A program made the translations under genes and the position numbers. The notes below the pieces were generated by a model that saw nothing but the letters and a program-made list of their open reading frames with translations, was not told the origin of the DNA and did no database searches. Of a stretch of DNA of 64,000 nucleotides, positions 56,097 to 64,000 are shown piece by piece (within the stretch, counting starts at the first letter, position 1; each line of letters starts with the position of its first letter). Source of the DNA: a virus. Where the stretch lies: IMG/VR virus record IMGVR_UViG_3300043409_002109, positions 64,001 through 128,000 of that record; one strand, 5' to 3'.

Positions 56097-57947
56097 TTAA
56101 ATCAGGCAGGCTCCGCCTGCACATGAAGCTTCGCCAACTAAAGAGGTATCATCATCTAATTCTATGATTCTAGTAAAGTCTAGGTTGTCGGGGAGTCGCG
56201 CATTCATTTCTGAGTATTGTTCTTCAGTAATACTTTCGAAAGGAGCTTGTCTATAAGTTCCTCCATCAAAAGGTAATACTGAGATACCAGCATAGTTATT
56301 ACGATTATCCCACATCCAAGAGCCTACTTCTTCCCATTCATTATCACGAACAGATACAGTTACTGAGATACTATGAGTGTTGTCTCCTCTATTATGTCCT
56401 GGATATACCCATTCATTATAGAATTTCTTTACTCGCTCTAAGAGATCAAGAGCTGATTCAGTATCTCTGGTAATAGCATTATCAGGTGCTTCACAAGGTA
56501 TAGTTAAGATAGCTTGGAGGTCGGGTTTTTCCAGATCATCTTCAAGGAATTCACCAAGATACTTTTGAAAGAACTTATAGATTGCTTCGTGTTTACCAAC
56601 ACGAATGCGACGAATCCACCAGAAATCATGCCAAGAATGAATGCCAGAGCTAGAACCTAACACTACCGAAGTGGTACCGTCAGGCTTTTGAAGAGTGCAT
56701 CGAGCAGCTTGGTTAATACCGAGAAGTTCTGCGAAATATTTATTGGTCTCAACAACTTTTTCAGCAGCCTCTCTATGATTTAGGGCCAAGAATTCATCTG
56801 TGGCTACGCCAGTGCTTCCTACTCCAATTAGTGCATCTTTTTCAGTAGCTTCTTTCCAGCAAGGACGAAGATAATGAAAATCAGTATAGGTGGCTTGTAA
56901 TGTGCCTATGAAGGCTGCGGCCCAAGCAGCCTTGTTATACTGTTCTTGAGTAGTAATAACACTAGCATTAATAGTAGTAAGATTGCAGAAGGAGAATGGT
57001 TCCAATCTGGCTTCAACACAGGGATTTGATCTGGATCTACCCGGATTAGTCCAGAACAGTCCTGGTTCGCCAGACTTGCTATCCTTTAGCCATTGAAAAT
57101 ATTTCTTGAAATCTGCTTCAGTAAATGAATCTCTGAAGGCGACCATGCTGTTGTTTGCGCGCCCAAGATAAGGACGCTCAACCCACCACTCGCCATGTTT
57201 GCAAGTAGCCATGAGTTCGTCATCTTTATCAAAGAAGGCAATCATGGCAGCTCGGCGGATGCCACCAGATAGTACGGCATCTGCCATAAGGCACATGATT
57301 GAATGCACTTCCAGAGAGTTTAGCTGACGGCCTATAGCAGCATTGAGAATGCGTTTGATGAAATTCAATGCAGCCCGCAAGGGGGCTGCACCGGGGGCTC
57401 TACCACCAGAAGTGATTAAGCGTTCACCTTTATGGCGGATACCACTATAATCATACTGAGGGAGCGCATTCCCGAAGAAGAATGCTTTAAATAGCATACG
57501 AACTGACTCTGCCCAGCCCATAATAGAATCTTCTATTACATATTTCTGAGAGAGTGCAGGCTTAACTACTGAAGGTAGTTGACTAATGTTTTCATGTTCA
57601 ACTGAATAACCTACTCCTGTTCCGCCTAAAAGCATGAACATGGTTTCAGAGAAACATCTGTAGTTATCACAAGGTAGATAGCTGCAGTTATTGATTCTGC
57701 TATTGTTAGCAGCGATAGCAGCACCAGCAAATTGAGCACTTCTCATACTGGGAAGTACTTTCTTTTGGTAAACTAATTCATATGCTTCGTTGATTGTGTC
57801 TTCTAAATGAGGAAATTTATCTAGATGCATCTGTTTATTGCGATCTATAATTTCTGAATAGACTTCACGTCGCTTTAAATTATCTAAATACCGGGCATAT
57901 TTTGAATGCACCGTAGCCTCACTAAGTATAGCCATACCTTTATTCAT
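56097..57947 (-). CDS. nrdJ: Class II (B12-dependent) ribonucleotide reductase, monomeric type
   Basis: LPSMR, NNC, GTGVGYS, GGIRRAA, NPCVE, FCNL, KPDGT, C-terminal CAGGAC. Confidence 0.93.
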   Translation of the reverse strand: MNKGMAILSEATVHSKYARYLDNLKRREVYSEIIDRNKQMHLDKFPHLEDTINEAYELVYQKKVLPSMRSAQFAGAAIAANNSRINNCSYLPCDNYRCFSETMFMLLGGTGVGYSVEHENISQLPSVVKPALSQKYVIEDSIMGWAESVRMLFKAFFFGNALPQYDYSGIRHKGERLITSGGRAPGAAPLRAALNFIKRILNAAIGRQLNSLEVHSIMCLMADAVLSGGIRRAAMIAFFDKDDELMATCKHGEWWVERPYLGRANNSMVAFRDSFTEADFKKYFQWLKDSKSGEPGLFWTNPGRSRSNPCVEARLEPFSFCNLTTINASVITTQEQYNKAAWAAAFIGTLQATYTDFHYLRPCWKEATEKDALIGVGSTGVATDEFLALNHREAAEKVVETNKYFAELLGINQAARCTLQKPDGTTSVVLGSSSGIHSWHDFWWIRRIRVGKHEAIYKFFQKYLGEFLEDDLEKPDLQAILTIPCEAPDNAITRDTESALDLLERVKKFYNEWVYPGHNRGDNTHSISVTVSVRDNEWEEVGSWMWDNRNNYAGISVLPFDGGTYRQAPFESITEEQYSEMNARLPDNLDFTRIIELDDDTSLVGEASCAGGACLI

Positions 57948-57980
57948 TTGCTCACCTCTATCTGGGGGTAGCTTTTGATT

Positions 57981-58493
57981 CTACTTCTTAGCATCTGAAC
58001 TGCCAACACAACCGTCTTGTCGTGCGCTTGACACTAAATATCTTTCCCATTCATCTGGACTAAGCTGCTGAAACTGATTGAATGTAGTTGTGATTAGTAA
58101 CTGAAAGGGAAGCTTATCACCAAAAGTAAAGTAGTGTGGAGCAGCTTCATCATTAAGATGTACGCAATTAACGAAGATCATACCTGTGTAACCTGCGTCA
58201 ATGCATCCCGCTCTTACCTTTAAGTTAGTTTTAGTAATGGAACTACGTTCTATAACTAATCCAACACGATCTTTTTGTAAGGCTATATGTAATCCTGTAG
58301 GAAGTAATATTCTTCCTCTGCCACTATCTGGATCTCTTATGGGCCAAACTTCTTGATTAGGCCCGGTATAATATAAATCAAGACAAGCACTCTCTCCACC
58401 ATAAGCGGGACCATAGGAGTCAGGATTTATCTTGTTGATTCTAAGTGCTTCTTTTAATTGTTCTGTTACGAATATGAGTGTTGGACTTGACAT
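57981..58493 (-). CDS. dut: Trimeric dUTPase
   Basis: A.LDL, PTG, RSS, G.ID.GY.G, QL, R..G..GSS motifs 1-5; start at MSSPT. Confidence 0.88.
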   Translation of the reverse strand: MSSPTLIFVTEQLKEALRINKINPDSYGPAYGGESACLDLYYTGPNQEVWPIRDPDSGRGRILLPTGLHIALQKDRVGLVIERSSITKTNLKVRAGCIDAGYTGMIFVNCVHLNDEAAPHYFTFGDKLPFQLLITTTFNQFQQLSPDEWERYLVSSARQDGCVGSSDAKK

Positions 58494-58593
58494 TGTTCTT
58501 CTTTGTTTGTAGATTGATGTTGGTCGCGCGATCTCTAGGGTATAGAGCAACATACTGTTGAGCGCGAATAGTATAATTACTATGGAGTTTAAT

Positions 58594-59259
58594 ATGAGTG
58601 AATATGCAGGCGTAGCTGAAGGTTGGATTAAAGAACGGTTTCTTCGTCAGCGTCGATTTATCCCTGACTTAACTGTTGGAGCAGAATCTTCAGACACAAT
58701 TTCTGTTGCTGTACAGCTTCGTACATTCGAAGCTTCTGGTAATGAGTATGTAGATGCAGACTCTTCTATCGCATGTCTTTGTACCCTTATCAATAGCAAG
58801 GGCGAGGATGTCGGGGCTGGTAAACTTCGTACTGCTGTTGTAGCAGGCGGAGCCGCTGGTAACATAACAGTAACTGGTATTGCTACATTAGATGAGCTTG
58901 TCAGTGTAATCCACTGTACTGCTGGTGGTGCTGTTGATGGTGATTTCGCTGATTTAACTTCTCAGTTTACAATTTCAGCTGCTAACACTATCAATAACAC
59001 TGCTGGTACCAACACGACTGGTAACAAACTTATTGTTATTTACCGTGATCGTGCCGAGTTCCATCTCGCTGAGAGTGGTGCAGGAACTGCCGTAACTGGT
59101 ACAACCCGTGGGTCCTTACTCGTTACTTCTAGTGCTGCAGGTGCCTTCACAATTGACGTGAAGGATGTTGTAGGTGCTTCTGGGGCTACCCTCTATCTTA
59201 AGATAGAGCCCCTTAACGTACCTGGTTATCCAGCTTATACAGCAGTAACTTTTAACTAA
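58594..59259 (+). CDS. Isolated + strand probable virion (decoration/fibre-like) protein
   Basis: GGAG RBS with TATAAT upstream; A/G/T-rich beta protein; own terminator. Confidence 0.55.
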   Translation: MSEYAGVAEGWIKERFLRQRRFIPDLTVGAESSDTISVAVQLRTFEASGNEYVDADSSIACLCTLINSKGEDVGAGKLRTAVVAGGAAGNITVTGIATLDELVSVIHCTAGGAVDGDFADLTSQFTISAANTINNTAGTNTTGNKLIVIYRDRAEFHLAESGAGTAVTGTTRGSLLVTSSAAGAFTIDVKDVVGASGATLYLKIEPLNVPGYPAYTAVTFN

Positions 59260-59277
59260 TACTTAGTTAAGTTATTC

Positions 59278-59305
59278 CAATGGGCGGCCTTCGGGCCGCC
59301 CATTG
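59278..59305. terminator. Probable bidirectional terminator with UUCG tetraloop
   Basis: CAATGGGCGGCC-TTCG-GGCCGCCCATTG between convergent genes. Confidence 0.75.
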
Positions 59306-59309
59306 TCGT

Positions 59310-59543
59310 TTAGTCTTCAAGATTAATAATAGACAAGAATTCATCTGGAAAATATTCTTCGAGAAGGTTAGAAATACTATGCTTGAGGGTGAAGCTCGAA
59401 GAGGCACATCCTTTACAAGCTCCTAGCATTCGAATGTAAACGAAACCATTGCTCGTTTCTACGAGTTCTATGTAGCCGCCATCTTGTTCGACCATAGGAT
59501 TTATTTCTTCTAAGAAGATTTCTTGGAGTACGAGGAGGGTCAT
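59310..59543 (-). CDS. NifU/NfuA C-terminal Fe-S carrier domain
   Basis: INP....DGG.IELV...V...M.GAC.GC.SS..TLK. Confidence 0.9.
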   Translation of the reverse strand: MTLLVLQEIFLEEINPMVEQDGGYIELVETSNGFVYIRMLGACKGCASSSFTLKHSISNLLEEYFPDEFLSIINLED

Positions 59544-59753
59544 TTAGCTCTCACGAGGGTTAAGTTCGAGTACTTCACCAATGCAAATGATATAGCCTAA
59601 GCAATCACAGGCCTGACAATCTTCTTTTTGGTGCTCATTTCGATTGCAGAATAGCGTTCTTGAAAGACCGCTATAGCAAGAGTTTGTATGATAGTGGGTT
59701 TTGTATCCTCTATGCATACAAGCACCACATGGTACTTTAATTTTAGCTATCAT
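59544..59753 (-). CDS. Small Zn-finger protein
   Basis: CGAC.H.G ... CQAC...G. Confidence 0.5.
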   Translation of the reverse strand: MIAKIKVPCGACMHRGYKTHYHTNSCYSGLSRTLFCNRNEHQKEDCQACDCLGYIICIGEVLELNPRES

Positions 59754-59854
59754 TTATATTCCTTGAGAACCTAAATCCCAAATAAGACATGTATAGAGAA
59801 TTAGGAATAATATTCCTAAACCTATTTCTCCTGTGTAATCATGATTATCCATAG

Positions 59855-60310
59855 TTATAAGTCGTAGATATGGATAGCACGATTATTGAAAACATTTTCT
59901 ATAATTTCTTCAATAAGCTTCCAATCACCACCTGCTCTTCCGGCACCAATTCTTCCACTTGCTACTATTTCTTCATCAAGTATTTTCCAAATGCTTAAAC
60001 GATCTTTAAGCGCTTGAAGACTTGTATCTAAAGCATAGTAATCGAGATGACATTTATCTAATCCATATCGATATTGAGTATAGAGATTAACAAGAATCCG
60101 ATTGTCTTTTAAAGCATGAGTATAGGAAGTAGTACCTAATTTTCCTAAGTCTCCTTTTGGAGTCTGAAGATCTGCTCGATAAGCTTCCGGATATCGCTCG
60201 CGCATTTCTTTGGCTAAGCCTGAATTCATGGTGCAAAAACAATTAGCACCATGGAAGATTACTTTAGCTTGAGAGTCAAAGACATTACCTCTGACATATT
60301 TAATTGGCAT
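59855..60310 (-). CDS. Macrodomain protein (Poa1p-like ADP-ribose processing)
   Basis: G.VF, HGANC..TM.SGLA, NLYTQ, RIGAG.AGGDW. Confidence 0.88.
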   Translation of the reverse strand: MPIKYVRGNVFDSQAKVIFHGANCFCTMNSGLAKEMRERYPEAYRADLQTPKGDLGKLGTTSYTHALKDNRILVNLYTQYRYGLDKCHLDYYALDTSLQALKDRLSIWKILDEEIVASGRIGAGRAGGDWKLIEEIIENVFNNRAIHIYDL

Positions 60311-60402
60311 TTTAGAATCTCATTTTTCAGTTTTTGGAATTAATAGGAAGTGCTTTTGTCGAAAATTGAAATTTATAAAATTCTAATTCCTTAATTCGCG
60401 AA

Positions 60403-61185
60403 TCATATAGGAAACTTGTGAGGACTAAAGATAGAGGGGCAATAAGAAACAGGATTCTTCACAGAGAGACTTCTTATAGGCGCCCCCTCTTCTAGAATCA
60501 AAGCAGTTAAGGCCCCACCATGAACACAACCAGTATCCAAGCCAATAGCATAAGGAAAGATACGAGGTCCCATAGAATTCAGAAAAGGCTGATGACCAAA
60601 GATTACTGTACCATATCTACCTTCGTATATCTCCGCCCAGTAAGTATCATATTGAGTAATACTATGTATATCTTTAACAGATTTTCCTGTTGGAGTAATG
60701 TATCTGGTACGTAAAATTTTCTCTAAAGATTTTCTAGGAGTGCTCGAAAGTTGGAAAAGATCTTTAATTAGGAGTTCGTCCTTTAGATCTATATGTTCAG
60801 GCGCGATACCTCCATGAACACACATGTATTTTTGATCATTTATTATAAATGAATAATAAAGGTATCCTTCTAATAACCAATCTATGTCTTCTCGGGTTAA
60901 GCCTTCCTTTTCGAAGTCTTCTACCCATGTCATGAGTCTACGCTCTTCTTCGGTCTTTATGTACCACCTGTAATGCTTATCTTCATGATTAGCAAATATG
61001 AATTTAACATTACAGTTCAGGTTTTTTAAGATCTGAATAATTTGATGGCCGTATCCATTCCTCTTATGGAATAAATCACCGAGACTAATAAAAGTATCTT
61101 CTTGAGTTAATTCTAATGTCTTAAGAAGGATCTGTAATGTTTCTATACATCCATGAATATCACCTATACAAATTGTTCTTCCCAT
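60403..61185 (-). CDS. Ser/Thr phosphatase / ApaH-like metallophosphoesterase
   Basis: IGDIHG, LGDL, NHE, VHGG, FGH, LDTGCV.GG.LTA. Confidence 0.88.
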   Translation of the reverse strand: MGRTICIGDIHGCIETLQILLKTLELTQEDTFISLGDLFHKRNGYGHQIIQILKNLNCNVKFIFANHEDKHYRWYIKTEEERRLMTWVEDFEKEGLTREDIDWLLEGYLYYSFIINDQKYMCVHGGIAPEHIDLKDELLIKDLFQLSSTPRKSLEKILRTRYITPTGKSVKDIHSITQYDTYWAEIYEGRYGTVIFGHQPFLNSMGPRIFPYAIGLDTGCVHGGALTALILEEGAPIRSLSVKNPVSYCPSIFSPHKFPI

Positions 61186-61187
61186 AA

Positions 61188-61706
61188 TTATTCCTCTATA
61201 GTATGAGAAATAATACCGTATTTACTTAGTTCTCTTTCATTATTCTCTTGAAGAGTCTTATGTTCTATAACAATGTCATTAACTAAATGTATTACTTTTA
61301 GTTCTATTAATTCAATAAGATCATTAAAGTAACCTTGGCTAGCATTTTGGAATTGAATCCATTCTTCAGGAGATAAATAATTGGTTTTACGATGAATCCC
61401 TCTTACATTAAGAAGAAATGTTAACATCATTTCTTTACCAATATCTTGACAAGCTCCGGGGATATATTCTTCAAGAACAATTAAACATTTTGGCATACCA
61501 TCTTGTTCAATAATCTTCCAGATATCTGTTTTATGCTCTTCTAACAATTGTAGATCATTAATTATATGAGCAACTCTATTAGTTTCTTGATGAAGGATTT
61601 CTGCTAGCTCTTTTAGAGAGTATTTTTTCTCTTTGATTATTAGGAATCCTAATAAATGAAAGAAGTTTGATAGTAGTTGTCGAATATTCATTGGTTTATT
61701 CCTCAC
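61188..61706 (-). CDS. Hypothetical protein
   Basis: Packed ORF. Confidence 0.55.
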   Translation of the reverse strand: MRNKPMNIRQLLSNFFHLLGFLIIKEKKYSLKELAEILHQETNRVAHIINDLQLLEEHKTDIWKIIEQDGMPKCLIVLEEYIPGACQDIGKEMMLTFLLNVRGIHRKTNYLSPEEWIQFQNASQGYFNDLIELIELKVIHLVNDIVIEHKTLQENNERELSKYGIISHTIEE

Positions 61707-61709
61707 AGC

Positions 61710-61734
61710 GAAGGGGAGCCATAGGCTCCCCTTC
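61710..61734. terminator. Triloop hairpin downstream of NAMPT
   Basis: GAAGGGGAGCC-ATA-GGCTCCCCTTC. Confidence 0.55.
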
Positions 61735-61750
61735 TTGTGGTACTGATAGT

Positions 61751-63247
61751 TTACTTATTTAAAGTTTCTTGAACAGTCATTAGTTTTTCTTTCATTTCTG
61801 GAGAAAGAACTTCGTTGAACCGACTACATTCTTTCCAACTCATGCGTGCATGAGTACGTACTAGGTTGAAGTAGTCAAACTGATAGTCTACTGGACCTTG
61901 ATCCCAGATGACTTCAAGAAGATCATCTAGTGTTTCAAGGTAAGGGAAAACCATCAAGTTAGCTTTATTAAGATCATGGCTTTCATAACAAACAGAGAAA
62001 TTGCCAGGCAGACTGATTTTAGTTACGTCACTTGATGGACGCTTCATAATGGGTTTTACAGTACCATCTTGAAGTTCTATTTCACATGCCTTGATAGCAG
62101 CCTTTAAGGTGTCCCTATTCTGTTTCTGAAGTAGTCCGCCACCCATACCATAGGCAACACACTGAGCGCTATAGCCAGCTCTGTAAACAGCATCTGCGAT
62201 GGTTCCTATATCTTGCAATTCAAGACCATCACCTTGGATAAGACCAGCGCCATTGATAACTCGGTAACCCAAAGAGTTTTTGGTGCTGCCAAATGCCTTT
62301 TCAAGATAGAATAATCCATCTAGCACTGCCTGCTGGGGGTCTCCCGAATCAGGTCGTACTACAAAGAACTGGTTCTTTGCGCGGCAAGGCTCAACAATAA
62401 GAGGAAGAATTTCTTTAAGAAATCTATGATAATCATAAGAATCAGCAACCACAGAAAGGATAGCACCCTCAGGAGACTTCTCAATAAGATTGAGAATAGC
62501 TTTGAGTTCGGAATCCCAAGTGGTCATAACAGAATGCTCTGTGGCAATGACAGACTGACCGATAGGAACCCCAGCATTCCACTTGGTAGCAAGCCAGCCT
62601 GCAGTCATGGTATCTGTGCCTTCAAAGAACAATAAATGGCCAATACCTGTAACCATAGCAGTCTCAGCGGAACTCGTGCCGCGACTGCCGAAGTCATGGA
62701 ACCTACTATCAAGTAGAAAGTGAGAGTCAGGATCTACAGTCTTTTCAAAGTAGAACTCAAGACAATCACGGACTAAGGCACTCTTAGTAGCAGTACATGA
62801 AGGCGACCATAGCCGCATTAGACGAGATTCCAAGAATGTAACTAATCCCTGATAGGGCGCTTTGGCAGAAATGACAAAGCAAGGTATGCCTGGGTGTACG
62901 CACTGTCCTTCTCGAAGAGATCGGATTGTGACAGGCCAATACCCATTGTTCTCTTCAATTACCTTAATAAACAGATCACGAGGATATTGATACTGTGTAC
63001 CAGCCACACCATGATGGGCCAAGTATTCATCAGCTTCGTAAATATCTTCCATTGTAATGGGGACACTCAAGAAGGATTCGTACATCCATCTCATACCGAA
63101 GAAGACAATTCTACTATCTTCTATGGGGAGTGTATTACCTCTGAACGTGAAATAAGCATTAATTCTTTGAATATCTGGAGAATATTCTTCAGGATGACCC
63201 ATTTTGTAAGAATCAGCATCTAATAGTGTTGGAATATGTATATTCAT
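61751..63247 (-). CDS. nadV: Nicotinamide phosphoribosyltransferase
   Basis: DSYK.GH, HDFG.RG, F.GTD, ATEHS, SVV.DSYD, RPDSGDP, IQGDG, GMGG.LLQK.NRDT. Confidence 0.93.
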   Translation of the reverse strand: MNIHIPTLLDADSYKMGHPEEYSPDIQRINAYFTFRGNTLPIEDSRIVFFGMRWMYESFLSVPITMEDIYEADEYLAHHGVAGTQYQYPRDLFIKVIEENNGYWPVTIRSLREGQCVHPGIPCFVISAKAPYQGLVTFLESRLMRLWSPSCTATKSALVRDCLEFYFEKTVDPDSHFLLDSRFHDFGSRGTSSAETAMVTGIGHLLFFEGTDTMTAGWLATKWNAGVPIGQSVIATEHSVMTTWDSELKAILNLIEKSPEGAILSVVADSYDYHRFLKEILPLIVEPCRAKNQFFVVRPDSGDPQQAVLDGLFYLEKAFGSTKNSLGYRVINGAGLIQGDGLELQDIGTIADAVYRAGYSAQCVAYGMGGGLLQKQNRDTLKAAIKACEIELQDGTVKPIMKRPSSDVTKISLPGNFSVCYESHDLNKANLMVFPYLETLDDLLEVIWDQGPVDYQFDYFNLVRTHARMSWKECSRFNEVLSPEMKEKLMTVQETLNK

Positions 63248-63289
63248 TTTAACCTCTTTATGAGTTTTGTTACGATTGCGAGCTTATGC

Positions 63290-64000
63290 TCAGGTTCGAA
63301 GACACATTTCAGCTATAATTGAACTGTGATCTTCGAAGATTATCTCAGACATATTGCCTAAGATTTCGTTTAGCGGAATGAATTTGCTCTTAGCAGCATC
63401 ATCATCAGCACGATGAGTAACTTCTAGAACATCAGGGATGCGCCACAAGTAACCTTCTGTGATTGTACGACCTCGTTGACTCCGCAAAGGATGATCAAAA
63501 GATCGTACTTGCTGGATCCATGCTGAATCCATTGGTACTCGGGTTGTTCCATTCTTTGTATGTCTGAAGATCTCAATATGAGTCTCTTCTTGAAGTTCAC
63601 GTTCAGCTGCTGCTCTTTTGGTTTCATTAACATTCAAGAACCCACCTGGTAGCGCCCAGAGGCCCATACCAGGACGATGGCGGCGCTGAATCATAAGTAC
63701 CATTCCACGCCATAGCACTATGTTATCTACCGTTTGAAAAATAGGAGGATAGGGCAAAACCCGATATGGCTCTTGATAGTTCTGTTCAAATTTATACTCT
63801 TTGCGTAGCCAATCAGCTTTAGTATCTAGAATCCAGAAATTGAGATAATTATTAACCCCAGGAGAACAATCTGGATAGGTCTGATTAAGAGGGCCAGTAA
63901 GAAGTTCTTTGCGTACATCAGTGGCGTTATAGATTTTAGTCCCTAGTTCAACGGGACTAATCTCTATACGATTCCATTGAGGGAATATCTTAAGATAATA
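63290..64000 (-). CDS. Bifunctional NMN adenylyltransferase / Nudix ADP-ribose pyrophosphatase (5'-partial)
   Basis: Frame open to the window edge: YYLKIFPQW...NATDVR...PYPPIFQTVD, then Nudix box GGF..RELQEET, FEDH. Confidence 0.88.
   Translation of the reverse strand, partial: YYLKIFPQWNRIEISPVELGTKIYNATDVRKELLTGPLNQTYPDCSPGVNNYLNFWILDTKADWLRKEYKFEQNYQEPYRVLPYPPIFQTVDNIVLWRGMVLMIQRRHRPGMGLWALPGGFLNVNETKRAAAERELQEETHIEIFRHTKNGTTRVPMDSAWIQQVRSFDHPLRSQRGRTITEGYLWRIPDVLEVTHRADDDAAKSKFIPLNEILGNMSEIIFEDHSSIIAEMCLRT

Noticed and set aside
3475-59546. Recurrent TAA-ATG (TAAATG) gene junctions as a promoter motif
   Set aside because: They occur in both structural and metabolic genes on both strands and are explained by tight packing and A-rich start context.
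1-64000. Stop-codon reassignment; many short antisense ORFs in the track
   Set aside because: Conserved enzymes are full length in the standard code, with TAA, TAG and TGA all used as stops. The antisense ORFs lie inside well-supported genes and lack motifs.

Overview
A 64-kb segment of a large (jumbo-type) tailed dsDNA phage genome in the standard genetic code. I found no tRNA, rRNA or CRISPR array. Family calls come from recalled motifs, not database searches. The left end (+ strand, 1-8.5 kb) holds virion structural genes, a GT9 glycosyltransferase and a possible lysis protein. Most of the rest is on the - strand. Replication and recombination genes: primase-helicase, RecA, Cas4-like nucleases, resolvases, SpoVG- and Whirly-like ssDNA binders, and a DnaE. 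Nucleotide and NAD metabolism genes: ThyX, IMPDH/GMPR, class II RNR, dUTPase, NAMPT, NadM-Nudix and a macrodomain. PhoH, NifU and ClpP are also present. Three highlights. (1) A compact, apparently complete phage-encoded ubiquitin-like conjugation operon (E2/UBC-WGR, JAB, E1/ThiF, and a Ubl with a C-terminal extension). It lies near a Lon-type AAA+ ATPase that lacks the protease domain and ends in an IGF motif, and a phage ClpP is encoded elsewhere in the window. Together these are a candidate phage 'ubiquitin-proteasome' analogue. (2) dnaE is split into two genes separated by a tail-fibre cassette, and the catalytic half has an ORF-less group I intron inside the PD/IDxDF motif. (3) A GIY-YIG endonuclease sits upstream of thyX next to an apparent orphaned thyX N-terminus.
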